A stretch of DNA of 64,000 nt from Chrysomallon squamiferum (GCA_012295275.1 CM022674.1:10788001-10852000), one strand, 5' to 3'. Shown: positions 12,790 to 26,469, counted from the stretch's first letter. Program-made: numbers and translations. Notes: a model not told the origin generated them from the letters alone.

Positions 12790-15642
12790 TAACAATAAAA
12801 AAATTAAATAAATAATTTAAAATAAAAATCATACCTGTGTGTTAAGAGAGTTTAGATACTATTTTTAACATTGTCATTATGTTAATATTAAAAATTGCAT
12901 TCTAAGTGTACAAAATTGTATTCCTAGTGTACATGTGTGTTAGGGTTTATAGTTGCCTGTTTACAAGCAAAGCTGAACATATAAATGTTAGATTTCTGAA
13001 TCTATTTTTTAATTAATTTAATTTAATTTAATTTAATTTAATTTAATTTTATTTTATTTTATTTTATTTTATTTTATTTTATTTTATTTTATTTTATTTT
13101 TTAACAGAAAGAGTATCCTACTGTGAAGAGTACTGAGAAAAGATATCTGAACTCTGGAGGTAAATATATTTATTTATGTAAAAAAACAAAACAGAAAATA
13201 CAGCAGTTTAACCACGTGTGCTTTATTATTATTTTGTTTTATATCCTGGTTTGAAACTGCCTGTTTCTCATTGCAGGGTTTATGGGCTATGGAAAGGAGC
13301 TGTATGAAATAGTGACACATTCTAAAGTGGACAACAAAGATGATGATCAGCTCTACTACACAAAGATATTCCTGGACAAAAAGCTTAGGGTTTGTATTTA
13401 AATCTGTACAAAAAGCTTAGGGTTTGTATTTAAATCTGTACAAAAAGCTTAGGGTTTGTATTTAAATCTGTACAAAAAGCTTAGGATTTGTATTTAAATC
13501 TGTACAAAAAGCTTAGGGTTTGTTTTTAAATCTGTACAAAAAGCTTAGGGTTTGTATTTAGTTCTGTACATAGCTGCAGTTCCAGTAACAGTCATACAAT
13601 ACTCCATTGAGGATCCATAATCCAAGATTCCAAATCCAAACATCTGCAAAATCTTTAAGCAGCAAAATGCTGATTGTTTCTAGTTATTTTATGGTTTAGT
13701 AAAATTATTTTAAAATATTAAATAAAATTATCTGTAAACTATATGTATAAACTGTATATGAAATAGAAATAGATTTTGTCTTTAATTTAGATCCTGTTCT
13801 CATTAGATTCCAAAATCTGAAAAATTCTTATATCCTAAACTTTTCTAGTTTTACGGATTTCAGTTAAATGATCCTTAATTTGTTCTTTGTTGTACCTTTA
13901 ACTACCCTGTAATGATTTGTATTTTCTAGTGTAAACTTCAATTAGTACTATACAGATATTTCTTTATTCACTGTTCTAATTATTTGTAATTTATTATAAA
14001 AATATTAATCTGAATGCAGATTAGTTAGTTATACAAGTTAAGGTACTGTCTGTGGGCATAGAAAAAATAGTTTTGTATATGTATCAGTAAAGTTTGTTTT
14101 TAACTTCAGGACAAATGGAATATCAAACTGGATACTAGATCAGATATCTTCCAGAACCTTAATGGTGCTTTAGGTAAGTTAGTGCAACTCATTTAAACAG
14201 TTAGATTATTTATTATCTTAAATGATCAAGTTCAATTTATTTTGGAATAATAAGCCTTCATAAGGTTGAAAAGTTTAAATATCTGATTTTTAGCCACATT
14301 TTTTTTAAAATTTTAGTCCACAGGCACATTTAGCTGAAAAAGCTGTATCTGAAATCTATTACAAAATATTACATATCAGAAGCATCAAATTATTTGAAAT
14401 AGACAGTAAAATACTACACTTATTCTACAGAAATTTACATTAGTCACTGGATAACAGTATATTTATACACCATAAAATCACTTTTCAATGGATACATCGG
14501 ACAAAATATTATATAAAAAAAAAAAGTATCTTAGTAAGATAACCAATATGATAATTTGTTTTCATTTACTGTAGTTTAAACTAGAGGAGAAACACACAGA
14601 GGAGTTATGATGATAACCTGTGATGATCATGTCTGAAATGCATCCCTTTTTTTAGAAATCTTTAAATTACTGTCAAAAATACAGTTAAATATACACTGTC
14701 TTCTGCTGCATTCAATTAGTTCTGACAACATGACTTCAGTACCACAGAATGTTACTAAATGTATGTAACTGTAAAAACTGTATGCATATTTTTTTGTTTG
14801 TTTTTCTTACAGGTGACACAAATATCAAGTTCAAAGGATCTCACAGTTACCTGTACAACATCATGTCAGGAACCACACCCATTGTTATCCATGGAAACGG
14901 GCCAATAAAGGTTAATATTTCACTCATAGTTTGTTTTTGAAATATGTTTTATACTTAATGTGATGATATTTTGTTCTGTCATACATATTCATTAGTTTAC
15001 ATAAGTCACATGATACCTGAATATGTTGAGTGTTTTAATTAATATGTAAATGAAAAATAGAATAAAACTGTTATAATTAAAAATGACATATTGAAAATAC
15101 AGTAAGAATTTTTATTTATTATTTGGTGGTCTGTTACAAATGTTATTATTTACAAATCACTAAGTGATATTGTTGCAAAATTGATTTGTTTTAAATTAAA
15201 TTCATTATTTATAAAATCCTATGATATAAATAAATCCTTAATTTTATTTGAAATATTTTTTTCAACTCTTCTTAATATGGTAAGAAACTGATGACTGTCA
15301 TTTTTTAAACTAAAATGTTCTTGTAGGTGGAGTTTAACAGAATGGCAAACTACCTTGCAGACGGATGGACTGTCAGCTCAGGCTGTCAGTCGTGCAGACA
15401 GGACACAATCAGCTTGAAGTCTCTGAAGGTGATTTTTTAACTTCATCTAACTGAACACTTCAGTTTGTTACTTTACCTGCTGTTTGTGAATTGTGTATAA
15501 AGTTTACAATTTTGAATTCTCAGCTTAAATTGTTTTGCCTTTATAAAATGATTTAAACAATTAGAATCATTAACTGAATAATAGAAATAATACTCGGTAT
15601 TCATTAAATATATATTATTACCATTATTATTATTATTGTTAC

Positions 15643-15706
<64 letters not shown>

Positions 15707-18700
15707 TGTAACTGTATTTAATTTTATTATAATTTTTTAGAAGTCAGACTATCCCACAGTTGTGATGGCTTTGTTTGTTGAACACAACACAGCTTTCGTT
15801 GAAGAATACTTCCAACATGTCTCTGAACTGAATTATCCAAAGAATAAAATTGATCTTTTTATTCACAATAATGTAAGTATAATTCTTTCAAGTGTTTTTT
15901 TAGATGTTTTTATTTGATTGTTGAGATTGTCATGGTGTATTTATCTTCTCTTAACACTGTTATAATTAATACCTCCAGCTAACTAAAATAATATTCTAAT
16001 ATATTATTTTTTATTTTTTTACCTTACAGACAATTTACATTGTTCTTTGCATACAGTCTTATAACTCTAATGTTCTCCTGATCTCTACAGTTCCATTTTC
16101 CTTGTCAAATAGTTGATTTGTTCTTCATATAATTAATTCAGCTGTTCTTTTCTCTCTCATTAATTGTTTTCACTCGTAACAAATATGTTGAACTTTTATC
16201 ACAAGTTACAACATAGTAAAACATTTATTTCATATAAAAACTTAGTAAAACTTGTGGTACATGTAACAACTTAGTAAAACTTTTATTACATATAAAAACT
16301 GAGTAAAACTTTTATTAGGTGTAACAACTCAGTAAAACATTTTCATGTGTAACAAATTAATTTAACTTTTTTTCACAAACCACAATTGTTCTCACTTTTA
16401 GTAAGCCACAAATATTCTCACATTTAACACATCACAACTAATGATAGGATACAACATATGTTACACAGCTGATAATGTAAAACAAATGTTTGCTATTGAA
16501 CTACAGGTAGAGAGACACAGCAAAGTAGTATCAAAGTTTGTGGAGCAACACAAAGACGAGTACAATTCTGTTAACTCTGTTGGACCATATGAAGAAATCA
16601 GTGAGGGAATGGCTAGAAACTGGGCTGTGTAAGTTACTTTCCTTCATAACTTGTTAACGTTAAAACAAAGGTAAACATTTCAAACCAGTTTTTGGATGGA
16701 TTATTGTAAGCAGTGTAGACACCAGGGAGGGAATTTAAGAAACTAGGCTACATAAGTAACATTCCTTGATATTATCTTTAATATTAAAAAAGGTTAAATT
16801 TGGATCTGGGGAAAAAAAAAATAATATATATATATATATATATTATATATATTGGAGAGAATATAAATATTTTAATATGTCATCTGTGATATGAGCAACA
16901 GGTTAACATGGTAACAGAGGTAGACCACATTTCAGTACTGTGTTTTTTAACAATGTGAGGAGATATCAGCTTTCAAGTGACTGCTTGAGGGAAACATCAG
17001 AAACTGGTCTGTGTAAAAATTATTTAGCTCATGTTTCTAATACAGTATTTGTTACAAGTTTAACTGTGTAATTGTTTTGAAGTATTCTGGTTTCACCAGC
17101 TTTTAAAGTGTGCAAGATTGTAATTATTATTATTATTTTTGTTTTGCCAGCGAGGAATGTATAAAGAAGAACAATAATTACCTGTTTGTTGTTGACTCAG
17201 ATGCTCAACTCACAAATAAAGATACTCTGCAGCTCCTCATTGAGCAGAACAGGTGAGATAATTAACTTTTTATTATTTAATATATATTTTATTAATGTGA
17301 TGTTTCTTATGATTTCTTACTTTTAGTATTATTATTATTTTTAATGATTCTGGAGATGTTTAACAGAAAAACCATGGACAGTTATTATTTAATTTTATGT
17401 TCAAGCTGTAATATGCAGGTATGAAATATCTTGAATATTTCACACACAAAAATGAATAGATACTATTTTCTAATTCTAGTTATTATTATTATTATTATTT
17501 TTTAATAAATATTTGGGAAACATATTGAGAATCATTTTTATTTGATATAAAATGTTGTTATTGGTTTTAGAACTATTATCGCACCTCTGTTGATCCGACC
17601 AGGAAAACTGTGGTCAAACTTCTGGGGAGCAATCGGTGACTCTGGTTTCTACGCAAGGTCCATGGACTACCACGAAATAGTAGAAAACACCAAAAAGTAA
17701 TTTTCATTCATTTTAGTTTTTGTTGTCTTTTTCTCTTTCCTTTTTATTCTGTTTATATCAAATATACTTTTTTTTCCCTGAATTCATCCTTCTTCTCCAA
17801 TTTCAAATATTAAGACAGTTAATTTAGAAAAAAGAACAACTGAATACAAAATAGTTATATCATTTTTATATTTTTCAAAATTTATTTTTTAATGTTTTGT
17901 GCAGAGGTCTATGGAACGTTCCGTTTATCAGCATCTCATACTTGATCCAGGGACGTCAGCTGGATCAGATGAGAGATGCTTACACAAAACACAACCTGGA
18001 TCCTGACATGTCTTTCTGTAAGCAGCTTAGAGAGCAGGTTTGTATGTGTGATATTTTCATATAGGTGCAGAAGCTGCCATATTTCATCATACGTACCTAC
18101 AGTAATTGATAGCAAAAATTTTACTCACTAATTTTTTTGTTATGCTGTACATGGATTTATGGATTTAGAATGCTGTAACAGATAAAAATAATGATCAAGA
18201 TTTCAGAAACATTAACTTTTGTTAAGTATTCTGTAAAATTTGAAAAATAGTTTTTTCCATGTTTTTCTGCTTTGAAGTCATTATGCTTCTACAACTATTC
18301 TTAACTGACTTGTTTTCAGGGAACATTCATGTTTGTGTCGAATGAGAAGTATTTTGGTCATCAAACAAACAGTGACAATTATGATCCAAATCATCTGCAT
18401 GACGAACTCTACCAGATATTTGATAATGCACTCGTGAGTAATCCCCCTTAATTTCATTGTTTGGTGTTATAAAATGTTTATCTCCCATGGTTTTACTGAG
18501 TTATTTCCCTTTCTTTTCTTACATTTGTCCATGAATTGTGAAAAACTTTGTCTTTTATTATATTCTCCATGTCTGAAATCTTTATAGTTTCATTGTTAGC
18601 TCAGTTATTGGAGGATCAAGGTTCAAATCCCCTCTATGATGATTTTGTAAACTATTTAAATTTGTTTTGTTTGTTTATTTGTTCATTTGAATTCATTCAT

Positions 18701-21700
18701 ATGTTTACTTGTTTATTGGAAAAAAAATAAAAATAATAAAAAGTTCAAATAAATAAACAGTATACAAATATTAAACATTAATTTAATCATTTTTTTATCA
18801 TGGAATATGCATGGTTGTCTGGCTAGAAAATACTGTTTAGGCAGTTTCTGTTCTATGTTTTAATTCAGGACTGGAAACAGCGATATATCCACGAGGACTA
18901 CTCTCGCCAGCTGGCAGATGGTTACGTGAATGAACAAGTAAGAATTCATTTAATATTATCTGATTATAACTGTTACACAAACTAAACAGTGAAACTCTGA
19001 ACTGCTGCGCTACCACAAGAAAACTGCTTTAGATTAACTCTTTATATTTGTTATTCTAATTATTTTTTATTATTAATCACATTAAATGGAGTAGATTATT
19101 ATTATCATTATCACTATCACTATCACTATCACTATTATTATTATTATTATTGATACACAGTGGCTGTTATTATTGTTAATGTTGGCTATATATTTTGCTG
19201 ATAATCACTAAAATGAAAGTACATAACAAGGTAAATAGTAATTTTTTGTTTGTTAATATCTTTAATACTGTTATTAATAATAAATGAATTTATTGTTGAT
19301 ACTGTTCAGAGTATTGTTGTGTTATTTTACAGTTATTGTTATTCAACTCTAATCTTTAATTTAATTATCACTGGTTTTGTTTAACTGATATTTTTCTTCC
19401 AGCCCTGTCCTGATGTTTACTGGTTTGCTATTTTCAAACCTCAGTACTGTAATGAGCTTATTGAGGAAATGGAGAACTATGGACAGTGGTCAGGTGGAAA
19501 AAATCAGGTGAGTCCTGGACGACATCAGCATAAATTTCAGTTTATGACACCTCAGTGGGTGTGATAATCAGTATAATGTGATATTTTACATACTGCAATT
19601 ATCATGTCTGTGTAGTTCATATCTTGAGTTTGTGAATTATTAGTTTATGTCTGACATGATTTTTGTTCCTACAGCAAACTCATTATTGATCACAATATTC
19701 CTGATTCATTTTTTAAATCTCATTTATATCTCTAATTCATTTTCAGTTCTTGTTTTTAGACTCATTATTATTATTATTTTTGATATAGAGAATATTAATT
19801 CATATCAATTCTTATTTTCAGGACAGTCTGTTTCAGGTTCCATGTTTGATTCTGTTGTCTCTGAACAGGACGTATATTCATACTGATTCATTTCCATGGT
19901 TTTGTTACTTGATTCTAAGCTTGTCTATTTCTAGGATATTCGTCTGGCTGATTATAGGACATATATTCTTACTGATTCATTTCCATGGTTTTGTTACTTG
20001 ATTCTAAGCTTGTCTATTTCTAGGATATTCATCTGGCTGATTATAGGACATATATTCTTACTGATTCAATTCCATGGTTTTGTTTGATTCTAAGCTTGTC
20101 TATTTCTAGGATATTCATCTGGCTGATTATAGGACATATATACTGATTCATTTCCATGGTTTTGTTACTTGATTCTAAGCTTGTCTATTTCTAGGATATT
20201 CATCTGGCTGATTATAGGACATATATTCTTACTGATTCAATTCCATGGTTTTGTTACTTGATTCTAAGCTTGTCTATTTCTAGGATATTCATCTGGCTGA
20301 TTATAGGACATATATTCTTACTGATTCATTTCCATGGTTTTGTTACTTGATTCTAAGCTTGTCTATTTCTAGGATATTCGTCTGGCTGGTGGGTACGAGA
20401 ATGTGCCGACTGTTGACATACACTTCAAACAGCTGGGAATGGAGCCATCCTGGCTGGAGTTTCTCCGTGTGTACGTCCAGCCACGCTGCAGCATGCCGCC
20501 TACATCGGCTACTTTAATGATGTAAGTTGTTTATTTTGTAGGACCCACGGTTACCCAGCGGGTATGAAAATGTTCCCACCGTTGATATCCACATGAAGCA
20601 GATTGGAATGGAAAATCAGTGGTTGCATTTTCTCAAGGAATATGTTATGCCATTGCAGCAAAAAGCTTTCACTGGATATTTCTCTGATGTGAGTTGCCAA
20701 TGGTTACCACATGCATGATGTAGCTAGAGTTCTGAGCATTGTACAGTGATAATAATGATAATGATAATAATGATAATAATAATGTTAATAATGATAAAGA
20801 TAATGTTAATGAGATGAAGAATTAAAGAAAGCTTGGTGAAGTAAATTTAAATGGTATTACAAATTGTTAATGAAACATCTTTAATCTGTTGTAATTGTAT
20901 TTACATTTATAAAATTCTGTAACAAAAAGTTAGTTTTTAAAAAAATTGAAAAAGTGCATGAAAAATATTTGTAAAAGACCCTTCAAAAACTTCATTGAAA
21001 AAGTCTCATTAAACAAGATTTATCTGATTTAATAAAAAAAAATATTTTTGGTTGAGTTTATCCTTTTCTCACTGATGAAAAACATTAAATAATGAATTGG
21101 AGTCAGATAGTAAAATTCAATCTCTGTGAAGCTGCAGTTACACTAATGCAATACAAAGTGGAAGACAGCCACACAAGTTACTCTTTTCAGAATTCTGATT
21201 AGGTAAAAGATGTGAAAAATAAATTGACAGAAAATCTGTTTTACTGCACATTCTTACTTTGCTCTCCTACCTGTGCAGATGCTTTCCAACACATCAGTAA
21301 AATGAATTTACACATCATATGTGTGTAACCCAAATTTGTTTTATATGTGCATTAACAAAACAGCACATTCTAAATTATTTTGACTGCCAGTCATTAACAC
21401 TTAGCAGTTGAAATACACAAAGAAACTCCATTGAGAGGGATAGATCTAGCTACCTCTCAAACCTGGGTCTACAACAGTGAGTTTTGAAAGTGTTAAGAAT
21501 ATTTACCTTTTTATCCTTTGTTATAGTTTCACTCATCATTTATTGATATAATTACTGAAATATTTATATAGTTGGTTGACAAATAATAAAATAATTTCAA
21601 TAGATGTGTACTGGTTTATTGTGTAAATTATTATATTTAAAATAACTGTATTTTAATTAGAAATGCATCTAGGTGTGTTTGTGTGTGTTTTTATGATATT

Positions 21701-21781
21701 TGTGTATCTTTCTATCTATATATGCATATATATTATTTGTCTGTTAAATCTCTGTCTATCTATCTCTCTGAACATCTTTCT

Positions 21782-21816
<35 letters not shown>

Positions 21817-22673
21817 CACACATGTGTATATATGTGATATATGGTTTTAGAAAAATAGTCTAAATAAAATAATCTGTATACTGGTTACATATTTGACCAG
21901 TTCATACGTCTTACTTACTCAGTGTTATTTGTTATTTTCTGTTGTACCTTTCAGCCTCCTCATGCTGTGATGAATTTTGTGGTGAGGTACAAACCAGATG
22001 AGCAGCCTTTTCTGCGACCACACCACGACTCCTCCACCTACACCATCAACGTGGCCCTCAACAGAGTCAACACTGACTTTGAGGTAATGTTGTTAACAGC
22101 ATGAATGCAAACATGATTAGTGCCTGGAATAAGCAAGCTAAAGATGATGAATCTGCAGTATTATGTAAATGTAAAAATTACTCTGTAGTGTGTGTGTGTG
22201 TGTGTGTGTTTGCATTTGTGTTTGTCATTTAATGCAGAATTAATACTTTTTATATTATTTTATTTCATATATTGATTACAGATACAATAAGAAAAGAAAA
22301 TATTAATAGCATTCATTTTCTAACAGAATAAAATGAATGAACATTAAATTTAATTTTATATTGTCTAGTATAGAAGAATGTATCTGGGATATTTGAAATT
22401 AATAATTCAGTATTTGTTACATACAGTAAACAAAAATATATTAAACTAAAGGTATAATGATAAAAATATCACAGAAATGAGAAACTCATTTTAAGAGAAA
22501 TGAATTGTTGTATTCAGGGAGGAGGTTGCAGGTTCATTCGCTACAACTGCAGCATCACGTCGCCGAGACAGGGCTGGATGTTCATGCATCCTGGACGACT
22601 CACCCACTACCATGAAGGACTCCGTGTTACCAAGGGAACCAGATACATCATGGTCTCCTTCGTTGACCCTTAG
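9463..22673 (+). CDS. PLOD: Multifunctional procollagen lysine hydroxylase/glycosyltransferase (PLOD/LH3-like), 20 coding exons, 726 aa using exon 18b
   Basis: Manually spliced; all introns are GT-AG and phase-consistent. Exons: 9463-9538, 10756-10844, 12008-12144, 12606-12720, 13108-13159, 13277-13389, 14110-14173, 14813-14910, 15327-15428, 15741-15872, 16507-16628, 17151-17252, 17571-17696, 17905-18037, 18320-18433, 18869-18937, 19403-19507, [20373-20521 or 20542-20688], 21955-22083, 22518-22673 (2181 nt). Signal peptide [23 protein letters not shown]-domain motifs [46 protein letters not shown]. Central WSNFWGA. 2OG-Fe(II) motifs [34 protein letters not shown]. Confidence 0.97.
13376..13570 (+). 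repeat. 32-bp tandem repeat x6 that contains the PLOD exon 6 splice donor
   Basis: acaaaaagcttagg|gtttgtatttaaatctgt starting at 13376, 13408, 13440, 13472, 13504 and 13536. Confidence 0.95.
19868..20388 (+). repeat. 85-89 bp tandem repeat x6 that contains the PLOD exon 18a splice acceptor
   Basis: ...gattctaagcttgtctatttctag|gatattcrtctggctg, with the AG ending at 19934, 20023, 20109, 20194, 20283 and 20372. Confidence 0.95.
20373..20521 (+). CDS. PLOD: PLOD alternative exon 18a (homologue of 18b; 149 nt, apparent 2-nt insertion near 20483-20485)
   Basis: tttctag|GAT acceptor and GAT|gtaagt donor. Encodes [37 protein letters not shown] and, after removing 2 nt, [12 protein letters not shown]: 49 aa, colinear with 18b. 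Confidence 0.8.
20542..20688 (+). CDS. PLOD: PLOD alternative exon 18b (147 nt, intact)
   Basis: ttttgtag|GAC acceptor and GAT|gtgagt donor, phase 0-0. Encodes [49 protein letters not shown]. Confidence 0.9.
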
Positions 22674-25600
22674 AACAGACTGCCATTGCTTGACCCTTAA
22701 TGTTTTCTTTTCTTTCTTTTATTTTTGAAATTTGTTGATCTCTTGTCCACCTTTTTTGGATGTTTGATTATTATGAAAAAAAGATAAAAATTTAAAAAAG
22801 GTAAAAAAAGAAAAATGTTCTATAGTAAAGAGTTGTTACTAATTCTTGTAATATTGGTGCTAATTTAGGTTAAGAATGGAGGAAATGATGGAGTGAATTT
22901 CTCAAAAATGACAGGATTTTGTTGACTGGTGCTGATGTTATATAAAAATATATTTTACATGTGGTGCTAGGTTACTACACACAGGTCACAAACACATGGT
23001 GAATATCTAATGTAGTCTACTGGTCACATGGTCACAGTATTTTTTTTATTTTTAATTAGTTGAATATGTTTTATAAGTAAGAATAAAAACAATAAATGTC
23101 TGTTTTTGGAATTATTTGTAGTAAAAAAAATTTTCTATTAATTTAGTTAAAAGGTTAATCAAAATAGAAATTATTGATCTTGGTTACAAGTATCATTTAA
23201 ATTGTCTTGCTTATATACAGTATAAAGGTGAAATAACAGTAAAGCTTTAACATGCTTTTTTCTTCTACTATTTGTATGAGTTTTTCCTGATTTAAAACAT
23301 TAGTTCTGTATTCTATAGTGCTAGGTTTTCAAAGTTCTTTTGCTTTAAACAATATATTGGATTTTAATTTGTTAATGTTTTTTTAAGTGCCAAATAAAAT
23401 CAAAACTTTATAATGATCTTGATGAGTACAGTTAAACCATGTTTGAAAAGTTGGTTTCAGATATCTCTTAACAATGTGAGTTGTGATTTATACATTTACT
23501 ATACAATCTGTATTTTTAAACTTTAGTCAGTAGTAATTCAGTTTAGTTCAGGGTTGTTATATTAATATCATATCAGTTCTTCCAATTGGTAAATATTCTT
23601 TATTTTTTCTTTTAAAAAAAAAGAAGAAAAATATAAAAAGAAATATGAGAAAGTAAATACTAGTTAATATCTATGTATATAGATCTGACTTTAAATTCAG
23701 GATTTGTTGCATTACTAAACATATATATAGTAAGCTTTACATGTGTTTATAGTAAAAAAAAAATCATGGTGCATTTACTATTACTAGATATATGTTAACA
23801 TTACCTATATTTGTATGCTATATTGTGAGCAATCAACTTGTGTCAAATAACAGTAATAAATTCTACATCAGTTTTCATTACACATTTATAATGAGATTTA
23901 TTACCTGTTTTCAGTGGTATTTAATACCTGGTTTAATATCATGACTGTGTTGTGTTACTGACAGGTAAATGATTTTATTAAATTATTTCAGTCATCACTT
24001 AACGAATGGCAGGAGTGATGTAAATTTGGTTTACTATTATTCTCAGTTCTGGATTATTTTCACATTAGGTTACACATGAAATAATAATTTTTCAGTTTAT
24101 TATATTTTTCATACTAATTTTTGTACTACTTTTTCACTTTGATGTATGAAATAATTAGTATTATTTTTAGCCAAAAATTATTTAGTTTATTATTTAAAAA
24201 AATGAAATCCAAAAAAAAAAAAAAAAGAGAGTAAAAAGAAAGAATTTAAATTAAAAAACAAACAGCAAACAGCAAACAACATCTGTATATGAAATATATA
24301 AAAAATAGATATTAATTACAGAAATTTCAAAGTTGATGTTTATTGAATAGAGATAGCATATTAATCTTTTTGATACTTTTTAATATACAGTGTATATAGA
24401 ATTTAATTTCTTTTTCTTTTTTTGAACCTGTTATTTGTATTTTTTCTGATATATTGTTAATGATTTTATTTTTCAAATATTGTGCCAAATATCAATCTTG
24501 CAAATAAGGCACTGTGCATATAGTAAACAAAAATATATTAAACTGAAGGTATAAGCATACATTTGCTATAAAAACTATTTTAAAAATTGAAAAGAATTAA
24601 AATAATATTTTTAGATAATAACCTGGGAAATATATTCTTGTTTGCTTTATGTGTAGGCTTAGAACGTTCAGCAGTGTAATCATGTACTTATTTTTTATTT
24701 ATTTTTTATTCTTAATCTTAAAAACATACAATAAAGGTGTGTTAACAATATATTAAATATAACATGCTGCATTATGCAAAACTGTTAATGTTGTATTAAA
24801 GGATATTAAATTCTAACCATGTCCAAATTATTAATTACAGTATAATCACTGTTAAAATTGTTAGTTATAATTTTTCTAGAATTCTTTTTTAGAATATTTT
24901 ATAAAAGTGATTTAAATGTATGTTTTAAAGAGAAGAAAATATAAAAAAACATTTCTATTTTGTATAAATAAAAAATTAACTATATTTTTTAAAACTCCTA
25001 TATTCAGATCATTACAAAAAATACTAGTTGTTTATAGCATAAACATGTTTACAGTTAATACTATGTTAACACTGTTAAAATGTTAATTCTGTTTATAACC
25101 ACTTCAACATATATATGAATGAAAGGGTGTAACCACATTGAACATTTATAACTTTTATAAATATAAATGTTTAAGCAATTTTTTTTATGATTGTATGAAT
25201 TTATACTACTTTTTCAAAATGTGTATTTGATATCTTTGTGATATTTTCAAATAAAGATTTGTAATAAGCACAAATATATGTATTTCATTTTCATTCTCTT
25301 CTTAAAATGAAAACAAATAAAAATACAATTACAAAACAGTGTTAAACATCACAGACTGAGTCAGTTCATATTCTATTTTCAGTTCTAAACTGGTGCCCCA
25401 TGATTATTAAAGAACATCAGTGTACATGTTGTTAGTGCAATTACACATCTAAGTTTTCTTCAGTGATATATTAAACACAGTCCCAGTGTTGGCACTTGTA
25501 TTAGTTATTAAAGGCCATCATCTAAGGTTTTCTGTGAAGAATATACTGTCTGGTTGTCTGATGTTTATTCCTCTTCTTAGAATGAATGATACACTTTAAT

Positions 25601-26469
25601 AAACTGGAATATATATTATTGCCATTTTATTATGTCAGAATTATAAAAATGTTCTATTTACCATCTGTAGAAAAAAAAAATAGACTAAAGATTATTATAA
25701 TAAATATTTGACATCTAAAAGAATAATAATAAAAAAAGAATCCTTTAAAAACAACAAGCTGGCAAATATTTTCTGCCTTCAAGATAAAGAAACTAAAAAT
25801 CTCTAGTTGTATCTATTATTTTTTCAATAATTAATAACTTGGCATAAAAAGAAATATTCCAGGAATTTTAAAAACATTTTAGAAAATGAATGATGTTTAA
25901 AAAAGACCCCAAAACATTAAAAAAACATCATAAACATAACCCAAGACTGAAAACTTCACAATGATGTAAGCTGAAAATAATTTTTGAAATTTACACATGA
26001 ATATGTGGATTTGTCAAATTCAGTGAAGAGCAAAAGCAGTTTGTACTAAAATTTTATTCAGCACAGTATTGTCAGTTACATCAGAAATACAAAACAGAAC
26101 ATTTATAAATAACAGTGCATACATATTCTTAATAAAATAAAAAATAAAATGATAATACAAAAACAATCAGTACAGTCAAATCACTCAACGTAAAACCCAA
26201 ACAAACGCACAGACATACAGCTGTTTTATTTTGTTGTTGTTCATGCATGTTTTTTGTGTATGAAAATGTATGTCAATATTAAATACTTTGATCAGATATG
26301 TCATGCATCAAACAACAAAGTACTAACCATTCATGCAGGACACATCATACAGTATGTTACAATATTAAGCGTTTTATATTAAAAATAAAAACAAATTACT
26401 ATGATATATATTAGAACTAGCAGTCAAATGGCCAACAGGGGTGGATTTGTTTTAAAATGTCTTATATAA

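Noticed and set aside
13472-13503. GT->AT loss specifically in the only in-frame (+96) donor copy as evidence of selection
   Set aside because: An in-frame TAA follows the first donor, so every distal donor is non-productive regardless of frame.
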